A DNA stretch of 32,181 nucleotides from Octopus bimaculoides (GCF_001194135.2 NC_068987.1:100134208-100166388); one strand, 5' to 3'; positions 11,808 through 23,463 are shown, numbered from the stretch's first letter. Notes: generated by a model from the sequence alone, not told the origin. Numbers and translations are program-made.

Positions 11808-12467
11808 CTAGAAGAAGCTGATCGAGAGATATCTCTCTTTTAACGACACATGAATTTATAATATATTCTTTGCTTTGTTTCGTCAAATTTACCCAACTAT
11901 TCATCGACTCACACAAAAGTATCAGCCCATCCTTTTGATTTCAGCTGTATTTATTCGTTAATTGAAATTACAAGGGATTCTTGAATCTCTGCAAGTTTGC
12001 TTGAGATTTGTTCCACTCTTTCATCGAGATGTTGGTAATTATCTCAACTTAATAAACACAATATAATATGCAAGGAAAAGCATATAAGAATCTATAAATT
12101 GATATTTTACCGATGATTCATGAATCATGTCATCTGCTGATGAAAGAATATGTTTTCAAACATTATTATTTTCTAAATTTCCTTTCCTATTTTGGTTGCT
12201 TGAAGGATCTTCTTCTAATTCGACACACGACTCTTGTATTTCAAATATTAGCATTAACTAGTCAGGTGTGAAACCTTGTGGTTAGTACGTCGAGTGAAGT
12301 CATTTGTTTTTAAGCAATTCAATTCCTTTCAGTTTGTTGCAGTCTACACAGTTTTGTGGTGAGAAGATTGCTTTCCAAACACTTTGACTAAAAGTCTTTT
12401 ACTAGAGCGTTGAGCCGTTCAAATAATTGTGAATGGATTTGATGAATAGAAACTTAAAGAAGCCCGT

Positions 12468-13240
12468 GATCTTTATGGTCTTTGTTACCGTCTACAATTT
12501 TCTTCCAATTTTTTTTCAAATTTTATTTATGGAGTAAGTTTTGTATACTAATTATGAAAAGCAAATTCATTTTTCGTATAAACTCTTTATTAAGAAGTTA
12601 ATAGCTCTTAAAAATTTGCAAAATATGGGTATATTAGTCAATCAGAAGCCTATATTTTACCCATCACCATAAAATTCTCTAAGCAAATAAGCACCACATG
12701 TTCCATAGCTGATTTCGAAGAAATATGTTTCAATAGTAACCAACGATGTTGCGCACGCACAGAAAGAGTGTAACCCCCACGTGTTCTATAGTTGTTTGTT
12801 TTCATAACAGTAGGATTTCGATAGTGTATTGCAAACTTACCTTTGTGAATTTTTTAAACTAATGTCTGTTCTAAGCAATGTTTTGACTGTTATTTGTAGC
12901 AACTTGTGTGGGTTTGCTCGTAGCTTTTAAATATTTAATTTGCTCGCGAATATTTTAATGTTTTTCATTGTTTACTGTAGCTAGTTTAATGTTTTGACGT
13001 GCCGGTACCCTCATTTCCTCGTTACTCTGACATGATAGAAGATGCAGCGAACGCGCTGTTTTCTGATTGGTTGAAAGTTCTGAAAATGATCAAACTTTGA
13101 ACACCTGTAACTTTTTCTCAAAACTTTTCTCGAATAAATGAATAACAGATTCGGATTCAGCGTCCAAAATTACATCGATATGAAACGTTAAAAATTTATT
13201 TAAAGATCACGATGCGCAATGGCCATAACCGCAAAGATCC
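12468..13240. mobile_element. 773-bp non-autonomous DNA transposon with ~180-bp degenerate TIRs and a 9-bp TSD (Mutator/MULE-like)
   Basis: Flanked by GAAGCCCGT at 12459-12467 and 13241-13249. Termini are GATCTTT...AAAGATCC. Mirror-symmetric motifs: AAGTTA (12595-12600) and TAACTT (13108-13113) both reach 133 bp in from the ends; CAATCAGAA (12639-12647) and TTCTGATTG (13061-13069) both reach 180 bp in. Confidence 0.75.
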
Positions 13241-13270
13241 GAAGCCCGTGATAATTATATATGTATGTAT

Positions 13271-13662
13271 TTTAATTCTTTAATAGTTTTAGTCATTTGA
13301 TTGCGGCCATGCTGGAACACCACCTTCATCGGATTTTTAGTCAAAGAAATCAAATTCAGGACTTATTCTTTGGAAGCCTTGCACTTATTCCAACGGTCTC
13401 TTTTGACGAACCGCTACTTTACAGGACATAAACACACCAACATCGGTTGCCAAATAACGGTGAGGGGTCAAGCACACGCATGCGCGCGCACACACAAACA
13501 CACACACACAGACGCACACTTATATGCGCCCACACACACACTCATATACGACGGACTTCTTTCAGTTTCCGTCTATCAAATCCATTCACATGTTGCCACG
13601 CAGTGGAACTGAACCCAGAACTAAATGGTAGGAAAGCAAGCTACTTACCACACAACCACGCC
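13271..13662 (-). mobile_element. SINE family B, best-preserved copy, with a tRNA-like head and an internal (TG)n tract
   Basis: Minus strand: GGCGTGGTTGTGTGGTAAGTAGCTTGCTTTCC...GGGTTCAGTTCCACTGCGTGGC (box A/B-like), GACGGAAACTGAAAGAAGTCCGTCG, (TG)n, GCAACCGATGTTGGTGTGTTTA...CCAGCATGGCCGCAATCAAATGACTAAAAC, A-rich tail. TATGTAT on both sides is a possible TSD. Confidence 0.88.
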
Positions 13663-15714
13663 TATGTATATACATACAAATACGTACGTAACTAAATACA
13701 CACATATGTGTGTGAGTGTGTGTCTTTGTGGCTCTTGTCCTACATCATAGATTAACAACCGGTCTTGTGTTTAATTCCCCGTAAATTAGATGTCCATTAA
13801 ATGTGATTGATTGAAGGAGTACCGGATAAAAGAAAATATAATTGTTGGGGGCGATTCGTTCCAGTAAAATTCTTGAACATATTGCTCCAGTATGAACGCA
13901 TCCTAATACCTAAATCTAGTAAAAGGTAAACAAGAGTTCGTGCATTCCGCTCTGCGTCTAGCAGTTACACCTTGAAAGTTCAACGTAATGAAGTGTGAGA
14001 GTGCCGAGAAAGTATATATGTCTACTCCCGACTACTTCGACATGTGAATAAAAACAAAAAAGAAATACGGTCAATTGAGCAAGGCTGTATTAACCAGAAT
14101 GTGAAATTTCTACCTTATTTTATAGGCTACCGAATATGTTGTATATTTTGTGAATGATAAACATTGTGTAACCTTACGCACAAAGTTTTTTTATAGAACG
14201 TTCACTTTATGTTTATAGTTTCTCACTGCTCTGTCGTATTTAAAAATGGTCTGTAGATGAAATGGTTTAGTGGTGGCAGGAATAACAAATGAGACGGCAT
14301 GCGTTGAAATTGATATATGATACTGCTGACGATTATTTGTCATTTGGTTTCACTTGAGTTGTGCTGCATATACTTTTCTGAGAAACGGTGAAAATACATA
14401 TTATTTACGACTTCATTGTAGTACTCGACTACATTTTTTTCTGAAAATGATGTAATGAATTATGACACACAAAGATACACGTACGCGCGCGCGCAAAAAA
14501 ATGATTATTTCAAAGATGCTGCCTGCATTTTTATTAGAAAAAGTTTGTGTGCAACATAAATATTAATTATATTCCAAAACACAGCTGCTTTGTGCTTGGA
14601 TACAGTGGCTTTTATATTTCACAATATTTTTTTTTTCCTGGGTGTCAGTATATCTTGACTCTAAAAGTATTGATATTTATTATACTGTCTTCATTTAATT
14701 AAGAAATATACATAGCCTGTAATTTATTGATGATATAATATTGAACAAACAGGTGTGCTTGTTGAAAAATCAGGTTTTAACGTATGAAGAAAGAATTTCT
14801 TCCAAAATCAACAGGATATTAACGAAAGGAAAACAAACATTTTAAAAGAAAGTAAACATCTGTTGGAGCATTAAATTATGTTTGTTCAACTGAAGGTTTT
14901 TCCATTACTATTGGTATACGTTTACAAGAAATGTATGTTCCTATAATCCCTTGTCATAAGCATGTATATGTTCAGTGATCTCAAATTCAAAGAGTAGATA
15001 TATGTACGGTTTTTAAATATATTATCCCCTGCAAGGCGACAATAGAAATACACAGTAAATCATGCATAGTAGATGAATTTGTCCCTTGAGTATCTGGATT
15101 AATATCATGCAAGATGTGTGATTCTTTTCATCACTATCATGTAAATACGAATATTTTCCTACGATATGTGCTTATTTCTCCTAGAATTAAAACAAAATAG
15201 GTTATTCTTTACTTTGGAAGTCTGCATAATGAGATGGTATACAGTATAGGATTTTACTACCTTCTCTGGAAACCAGAAGCTGAACACAAAATCGTATCTC
15301 ATTTTAAGGTAATGTTTAACTGGAAGCGAAAAATATATGAGAAGTAACATCCTAAGCAGCTGGATAACATGGAATTTTATTACATCTCGAATTATAATTC
15401 CCTTTCAATAAAAGTTCTATCTTGATGATGAGTCGATCAGATGCACAGAATTAGCATAAGTGACGTAACACTGAAGTAAATGCACTGTTGTACGTAATAG
15501 TATGAAGCAATGCGTAAGCGATGTCTTGTTTATTTGAAAATATTTATATATATATATGTGAAGACAGTATTTGGTATTATTTATAGGAAAGATATTTTAT
15601 AGTCGGCCGAATGTAAATTATGCCAATTTTATACATTTTAACAGAATTTACCAAGTGCATATATCAATTCATTTCAATTCATTGTACTTATAGCTTTTTG
15701 TGGGTGTTGTTGTG

Positions 15715-15905
15715 TCAGTGTGGGTGTGTGTGTGTGTGTATGTGTGTGTGTGCGCGTGTGTGTTTGTGTGTTTGTATGTGTGTGAGCGTGCGCATATGTG
15801 CGTACAGATAAATAGATTGATGTATGTGTACACACATACATATCTGCTTTCAACTCACATGCACAGTCATATATCTGTGTGTGTGAATGTGATGTGTATG
15901 TATGT
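15715..15905. repeat. Compound (TG)n microsatellite
   Basis: Direct read. Confidence 0.9.
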
Positions 15906-17986
15906 TTAAAAATCTATGTAAATCCTTAACTTCCTCGGCGCCTTTCGCTGTCTCTGAATCAACCACATCAAATTAGTTAATGCAATTGATAGAGAGTATA
16001 TCAAGCTATATAAGTTCAAAATGTACCACCTATATTCTCCTTTCACTAACTGAGTTTAACAAAACGAATCAAATTTAGCTTAATTTCTCATGTAGCCTGG
16101 AGTAGGCATTGATACAATACAAATGTCGACTTTATCATATTACATGTCCATGTGACTATGGGTACGAAAGTCAACGACAATTTTGTATTCTGATTAGCAG
16201 AGTGTTGACACTTATATGAAATGTATTATTTATATATGCTGTAACAAATTCGATCTTCGACGGATAATTAGATACGGCAAAGGTTGCAACGGAGACACCA
16301 AGCACCATATATCGAGTAAAAATGTAGGAGACAAAACGTCAAAAGTATTTGAGTAAGTAATATCAATGATATTTTTCGGTTATTTCATACAGTTGCTAAG
16401 ACTGGATCTGTGAAAGTATATGGGGAATTATATCAGAGGAAAAGTAAATAGATTTTATACAATATTAGAAAAAATATTCTAAAAACAGTTTTGTTTATTT
16501 GAAGATCTGTAGTAACATTATGAGTATATGACTCTGGAAGTATTCCTTCTCTCCATCCTTTTGATGAGATGGCTCCAATCTGCATCCAAGATTACTCATC
16601 AATAGCTCTGTATCTATCTCTCTCAATCTCACACCTTCCCTCTCGTATTTTACCGAACAAATCATAAAATTAATAACCTAAGATATGCTGCAACACTAAA
16701 GGTTCTGATCTGATAAATACCGATTGACTGTTATAGAAGAGCAAGAAAATGCTTTTGAACGTTGGCTTATATTTACACATTTTATGCATGTCTCATGAAT
16801 GCATATTGTTCACTTATACTTGACGGTGCTGCTGATGCAAACACTTGTATCATAGATCCATTCCATCTAGTTCTAAAATTATCATCCATCTCCGATATCT
16901 AACTGTAGTTATGTAATGTGACATGGTTCGAAACAGGAGCATTAAGTATCTTTATTTCGCTTATATAATCTCAGTACTGTATTTTTTTTTTTTGTAACAA
17001 ACGAGTATAGTATATTTCTCTTGGAGAACATGAACACATTCAAGTCAAATATTTTATCGTGATTCACAGTATCCATATATAGTAATACTTGTTATTTTCG
17101 CGATGTACAATATAACTTTATGCGTGTAATTATTAAAATGATACTGCTTGAATAGATGTTTTTTTACGTTTTGTTTTATGGCATAGTTTATTCATTCTGA
17201 TTATATTTTTACATGCTACAAATTGCTCACACGAAATAATTACGAATTAGATATTTTCTCCCAATGGATAGCTTTAGCCAGATATAACATTTATGAATAT
17301 AATTATTCCATAAGTTACATCTTACAAAACTGATGTAGGTTTTCATCTCTCCTTCTAATCATATACAGTTAAATAGTATGAATAATAACTTGCCTCGAGT
17401 GGATTTTGAGAGTGTAAAATGTTCTTCAAAATGTTTATATTTTGTATTTTATTATTTATATCTATTGTCGTTCATTTTGTGATGAACTAAACACAATTTA
17501 GCAAAATACGTTAAATTTGAAAATTTGGGAAAGAAATTTTGTAGTAAAAATATATAATTCTGTTACATGTGATATTATTCGTGTCAAATATATAGGGATG
17601 AGACAATAGACATATAGATGTTACTTTTTCATTCTAAAGAAACAACATAAGAGTTGATTCTTATAACCCGCAATTTCAACGGTACCACCATGATACTCAG
17701 CGGAGGCTGAGTACCGTATTTTACATATCTTATTAATGCAATCTCACTACTGCTGATAACTATTAGAAAGCTAAGTAAGGAGGAATCCAACCCGTACTTG
17801 CTAGATCTCTTGTCAAATACAAACAAACTTTGCACAAAATACACCCCATTATCATTCTGTATAAAAAGGAAATGATGCATTACATTATGTAGCCATTTCT
17901 AAAAGGCGTAATGGTTGCGTTTGGTATGCGTTCATTGGTTGTCGCTTATTTTGGAAAAAAGCAACAATTCGATAAAATAAGATGCA

Positions 17987-18104
17987 TGTGAGTGGATATC
18001 ACTTGCTGTGAGTGGATATCACTTGCTGTGAGTGGATATCACTTGCTGTGAGTGGATATCACTTGCTGTGAGTGGATATCACTTGCTGTGAGTGGATATC
18101 ACTT
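17987..18104. repeat. Perfect 20-bp minisatellite (TGTGAGTGGATATCACTTGC) x5.9
   Basis: AGTGGATATC recurs at 17991, 18011, 18031, 18051, 18071 and 18091, with no mismatches and no spacers. Confidence 0.98.
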
Positions 18105-18823
18105 ACGAGATTTGGGACAGGATGTCGTTTTCCTCTAAAGAATAAAGAATGTTTGATTATTGACTATATATCGTGCAACCTATACATGTCCTATTTATCC
18201 GAAGAAAGGGCGTCTGAGAGTGTACAAATTTCTCAATACCCGTAATATTACGAATTCAATTAATGGGCTTTGCACATTTATTTATTTATTGACCGTTAGT
18301 CTATTACTATTTTCATTTGATTCTAATATAATTCTCTTACATATAAATAATATTTGAGATCAAAGCAGTTTCGCGAAACATTTTCCGATAGTATAGTGAA
18401 ACTATATCATATACTTCAACCATACGTAACGTTAATCGCTAATGTTGATTACTCTCCAAATATTGCTAGTAATATTCTTTCCTAGCTCTCGAGAGAAGTA
18501 GTACAAAAGATAAGCTTTTGGTGTACCTTTTCTGATATTGGTTCCAATTCTCATTCCAAATACATTCCTCATCACTCACCGAATATATTGTCCTGGAATA
18601 CATTAGGTGTCATATCAAAACATTATTTTGGACGTTTCTTAGTACCGGATCGAAACTAACATTTTTCATACTATGACGATACAGTTGTTAAAAAAGCTAC
18701 ATGCTGAAAGGATTTCTTTGAAGTAAATTCAAACAAATATTTACGAAAATATGAAAATATGAAATTATTTCTAAAGCTTAAAGCATGGCATTATCAAGAA
18801 AAATAGTAGCAACACTTTCTACA

Positions 18824-19026
18824 ATAGGCACAGATACTGAAATTTTGCAAGATAGGCTAGTGTATTACAACGACTCCAGTGCTCAACTTGTACTTATTTT
18901 ATCGACCATGAAAGGATCGAAAGTAAGGCCAACACTGGTGGAATTTGAACATAGAACGTAAGAACTGACGAAGATCCGCTCAGCCTTTTTATCCGACGTG
19001 TGAATGGTCCCGCCAGCTCGAGCCTC
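18824..19026 (-). mobile_element. SINE family A, degenerate
   Basis: Collinear with 3968-4172: ATAGGCACAG...TTTTATCGACCATGAAAGGAT...GGAATTTGAAC...CCGCCAGCTCG. Confidence 0.8.
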
Positions 19027-19056
19027 AAATAGAGTAGTAATAATTTTATTTTGCTA

Positions 19057-19225
19057 GGGCTTTGAGCTGGCAGAAACTTTACCACGTGAGCCATTGTACT
19101 AAGCGGCATTTCTTCCAAACTTTGCGTTTTGATTTGGAATATCACCATGGTCGACCTTGTCTTTTAACTAAATCGATGTAATCGAACTCTACCCACTCCC
19201 GAAATTCCTGGCCTAGTGCCAAAAA
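19057..19225 (+). mobile_element. SINE family A, plus strand, core internally deleted
   Basis: GAGCTGGCAGAAAC...CTAAGCGGCATTTCTTCC...GGTCGACCTTG, core missing, then TCGATGTAATCGAAC...GAAATTCCTGGCCTAGTGCC. Confidence 0.72.
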
Positions 19226-19250
19226 ATTTTAAACCATATTTTTTTTTTAT

Positions 19251-19454
19251 TATAGGTACATGGGCTGTAAATTGTGGGGAGATTGCTAGTGGACGATGCC
19301 AACCCGTGTCAAATGGTATTTACTTCATCCACTCGAAAGGATGAAAAGAAAAGTCGATGTCGGTAGAATTTTAAATCATAACGTACAGACAAGGCAGACG
19401 AAATGCCGCTAAGCCTTTTGTTAGGCTAACTAACGGTTCTGCTAGATCGCCGCC
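19251..19454 (-). mobile_element. SINE family A, degenerate
   Basis: TATAGGTACA...CTCGAAAGGATGAAAAGAAAAGTCGA...GACGAAATGCCGCTAAGC...CTGCTAGATCGCCGCC. Confidence 0.82.
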
Positions 19455-19482
19455 AAATGTATAATAGTGATAATCCTTTCTA

Positions 19483-19678
19483 ATATGGACACACTGCCTG
19501 ACATTTTAGTGTAGGAGCTTATGTAATAACACGGACGCTAGTATATTACTGGTGTTTATTTTATCGACCCCAAAGTGATGAAAACCATTCCTCGGTGGAA
19601 TTTGAACTCGGAACTTAAAGGCGGGCGAAAAGCCGTATATAATTTTGCTCTGCGTACCAATGATACTTCCAGTTCGCC
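19483..19678 (-). mobile_element. SINE family A, degenerate
   Basis: TTTATTTTATCGACCCCAAAGTGATGAAA...CTCGGTGGAATTTGAACTCGGAAC...CCAGTTCGCC. Confidence 0.75.
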
Positions 19679-20089
19679 ATCTTATATGAAAAATTATGAA
19701 ATTGTAATAAAGTTTCTATCGTGACGCGGAGCCTGAATAAATCATTTTTGTGTATGTTTCCACCACAATATACGAAATATGATTCATATTTGCGCATATT
19801 ATGCTAAGCGAATTTCTGAGGTCACTACATGTCTTACAGTGTCTTTCGATTGCTAATTTCTTGTCTACTGTAGCAGGTTTTATAGATGATTTCAATGCCA
19901 GTCAAACTGATGCGTTTCTCCGACTGAGATTTATAAAAGTTTAATTTATTCTGCAATGTGGAGAGAAATCTAAAGACAGTAGTTTTTTAAAGTCTAGCAT
20001 TTCGTTCCCTACTACCATCCTGCTTTCCAATGATAGAAACATCTCCGGTCTTTACAGGGCCTCAGTATTTTATAGAGATCCTAGCAGGG

Positions 20090-20355
20090 GTGCGAACGGA
20101 TGCTATGCCTTGCCAAAGAGCAACTCCGTGTTTTCGTCGAGGACTGCTTATATAACATGTGACCTATTCCTATAGATGCCAAAGCATGGCCGCACTCGAG
20201 CAAGTCGTCAGAACAAAATTTATGTTGATCAGCACACAAGAGACACTGGATACCTCTCAGAAATCTTTTTCCAACAAAAGCAGGACGGACATGCGTGGCG
20301 TGTGCGGGTTAAAAATCTCCGAGCAAGCTCCACCAGGTGATGTTGATGGTCATGC
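20090..20355 (+). mobile_element. RTE-clade LINE 3'-terminal remnant
   Basis: LFL*MPKHGRTRASRQNKIYVDQHTRDTGYL, frameshift, (Q)D..AWRVRVKNLRASS, then a TGATGTTGATG tail. This matches the RTE C-terminus pattern LLW.PKHG..R.GRP..TYIDQL..DTG...M.DR..WR..V...RASS followed by (GAT)n. Confidence 0.75.
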
Positions 20356-20844
20356 TAACCGAACGCCAGATTTTCCTTCAATTTTATTTGTATTTATTTC
20401 TCTTTTAATGTTGTGAATGATAATATATATGATAGTAATATGACTGCTTGCGATTTCATAGTATCATGTAATATATGACCCTGTCAGTGGATTTGCAAAG
20501 CCGTTTTGAGAGTTAGGAAAATGCTTGGCAGTATTGTGTTATATTACTGCTAATCAAATTTAATCGAGAAACAAATATTCGTCTTTCATACATCTTTATC
20601 AATAAAATGATATGCATTTAAAGTACTTAGACTTCAACCAAATATGCAGTTCTCTGCCTAAGTAAGAAAGTTATTATTAAGTTGTCACGTCATTGATTGT
20701 TGAAACAAATATGACGAAGTGGAAAAGAATATTTTAATAGTCTTTTCTGATAGTAAGTTGTTGTCACGTATAAGAATGAATAGCGTGACATCGTCTTTTT
20801 TTCCTTCAGTGGTCATATTCTGGAAGTATTAGACTGAACAAAAT

Positions 20845-20884
20845 GCACATATACACACGCACACATACGCACGCAGGCACACGT

Positions 20885-20927
<43 letters not shown>

Positions 20928-20933
20928 CACACA
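20845..20933. repeat. (CA)n compound microsatellite
   Basis: Direct read. Confidence 0.95.
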
Positions 20934-21467
20934 TATTTAGGTTCTTACATACATAAGGATATTAATTGGTATAGAGATGAAGTAAGGCTGATGTAATAAG
21001 TGGGAAAATATATAAATTCTGGAAGCAGCTAAAGTAAAAGTAGATAGCAACGTTCTCCGCAAGAAATATAGCTGTATTGATGTAAGGTCACACGTTGCTG
21101 AAATGGTGGGTGAATAAGACAGCGTAAACACAGAGTGGGTAATAAAGTGATAAACGTAGAGTATGATGAGTAAAACGGTAAATATTTATGAATTAGTGAT
21201 GAATAAGGAGTGGGGGTAGTATTAGAATAATTGCTTTAAAATTATCTGTTTAATAAAATCAGGTAAATAGAATTGCTACAAAAAGACGTAAACAGTCTGG
21301 CCTTTAAATAAATCTGAATAAAATGAAAGAATGAAGAAATATATAAATAGACAGATCAAAATCACGTGAAGTTGATGTTATATTTAAATCTCTTTCATGT
21401 ATGAATATTAAGTACGATCCACTTTTGTTCACGGATGTACGTCAATGTTTAGGCATATAAATACATT

Positions 21468-21490
21468 CAGATAGGTCGATAGATAGATGT

Positions 21491-21539
<49 letters not shown>

Positions 21540-21550
21540 GAGATAGATAG
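21468..21550. repeat. (GATA)n microsatellite
   Basis: Direct read. Confidence 0.96.
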
Positions 21551-21607
21551 CAGAAACTTGCCGGAAGGTGAGCGCACAGCAGACGAAGAACTCCCATAAA
21601 ACAAGTC

Positions 21608-21660
21608 CTACGGCCCTTATACTTGACATTCTACGGCCCTTATACTCGACATTCTACGGC
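21608..21660. repeat. 23-bp tandem repeat x2.3 (CTACGGCCCTTATACTYGACATT)
   Basis: Units at 21608-21630 and 21631-21653 (1 mismatch), partial unit at 21654-21660. Confidence 0.95.
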
Positions 21661-23463
21661 ACCTGGTCCCACCAAGATCATGACTCTAAGGTGTCTCCTG
21701 CTTCTTTCCAAAATCCTAACTACAGCAGGATTTTAACCTGGGTCGTTCATTTTGTTTTCTTTATTTCTCTTGTTTGTGTTTCAGTCAACTAAGCTACTCT
21801 GACCGGTGAAGGAACCAATTCTCTTCTTCATTCTATTACTGTAAATAACAAATAGAATCCTTAAATAGGTCCATTGGTAATTTCTCTTCGCCACTACCAA
21901 CATTGAGCTCCTTTCAGCAACATCAGACAAGCGTCTGGTTATGGCAGTTCTTCTGCGGCATTTAATACCCGGCTGCACGAGTAGGAAAATCGTTGAGTCA
22001 GCCATGGTTCATCGCGATCCAACTTCCACATATTTCACAGTTCAGTGGTAACCCTCACTCCCTAGCTGAATTGTTGGGACACCCAATTTGCTGATCTGAT
22101 TGATGTGCCCCTCTTCAATGCAAATACATGCAAATATGTATACATATATCCATACGTATGTGTATACACACACACACACGTAGAGGCGAGCGTGCACACA
22201 CATACACACACACAAACGCATGAGTACGGAAATATTTTTCTCTATGCTAGCCTGAAAAACAAGCAGTTGTTACACAAATCTAAAAAGCTAAAGATCTCCA
22301 GAGACTGTATACATATCAGGCAGGGAGAAAACAAATCACCAGGGAAAGTTCGGGTCGAAATTTTAAGCGACGTTATGTTTCTGGACTTAGAAAGGATCGT
22401 ATATTTGATGTTTTAGTTAATGATCCCGCACGTATATGCCCGCATAAATACCGAGTAGCTTGCAGTATGTCTCTTCCCAGGATATCTAAATGTAGAAAGA
22501 TAGTATTGTATTTGTATTTAACTTTTCCTACCACGCGAAAGTATGTTGTACTCCTTTGGTACCTATCCTTCACAAATGTCCAACATCAGCAAACTATGAA
22601 AAGGGCAACGCAGAGGCCAAATGTTATATATATTTAAATATATTAATTCCTATTTCTTATGACTTCTTTAAAAGTGTTGCTCAAAATTTTCTTTCATTGC
22701 GCTCAATATGAGGACCAAGTCTTGAATTGATCTTAATGTAGATATGTGGACAATAGCATTGGAGACTCAAGAAATGATACATTCAAAAAGAAAGAAAATA
22801 AGAACGAAAGAATAAAGAGACGGAAAAGTATAAATACGAAAATATAGACGATGATAAAATAATTCAAAAATGCCTGGCAATAATTTCCCACGGTTATGTA
22901 AACAATGTTGGATATTCCACCTATAAAATTTGTAAAGTGAACGAAGTTTCTAAAACCCGTTTGTACATACACATGAATGTTTAAAGTAAATGATATGTCA
23001 TGAATAGCACCATTTACATATAGATCGAACTCGCGTGCGCGCGCGCGCACACACACACACACACAAACATGTATACGAAAAATAGTTCGCATATATATTC
23101 CTGCTAACATGCACAGGTATATACGTTTGTAAAATGACATGCATATTCAAAAAGATACGCGCACATGTCTATGTAAAAAACACATTTAAATACAAATATG
23201 CAAATATAAGAATTTAGTGTTGACAGATAAGATCGAAATAATCTATATACAGAAAACACATATTAGCCCTCAAAAGAGTTGAAATCACACTCCAAAATCT
23301 TTAACGACTACCAAATTAGCGGGATAAAGACTTGGCGATAAGGGGAATGCAAATAAGCATACATAGAAACAATGATGCAAACCCAAGGAGTTCTATCGGC
23401 TTTTTTGTATCATTGTCTCCAACTCAGAATTTTGTACATCTATTGACATATTTGATAGTGTGG

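Larger units (their letters stand above)
12348..13936 (+). mobile_element. Old SINE family B copy split into three pieces (about 12348-12467, 13241-13270, 13663-13936) by two later insertions
   Basis: The head ...GTGGTGAGAAGATTGCTTTCCAA...TTGTGAATGGATTTGATGAATAGAAACTTAAAGAAGCCCGT resumes at 13241 as GAAGCCCGTGATAATTATATATGTATG. The 3' half (TG tract...AACAACCGG...GGGGGCGATTCGTTC...GCTCCAGTATG...AGTAAAAGG) is at 13700-13936. Confidence 0.72.

Noticed and set aside
11900-12260. Minus-strand strings YQHLDERVEQISSKLAEIQESLVISINE and EIQESCVELEEDPSSNQN as further exons of the SEA/mucin gene
   Set aside because: They are bounded by in-frame stops and the splice phases do not join. Suggestive, but not supportable without an alignment.
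17694-17713. Hairpin TACTCAGC-GGAG-GCTGAGTA as a Helitron 3' end or terminator
   Set aside because: No CTRR terminus at the expected distance on either strand and no other Helitron feature. Rho-independent terminators are irrelevant in this context.
17987-18104. 20-bp repeat considered as a CRISPR array
   Set aside because: Units are directly adjacent with no spacers, there are no cas genes, and the context is eukaryotic.
3968-19678. tRNA genes suggested by box A/B-like motifs
   Set aside because: The motifs are SINE heads followed by SINE core and tail sequence, and no cloverleaf can be built.
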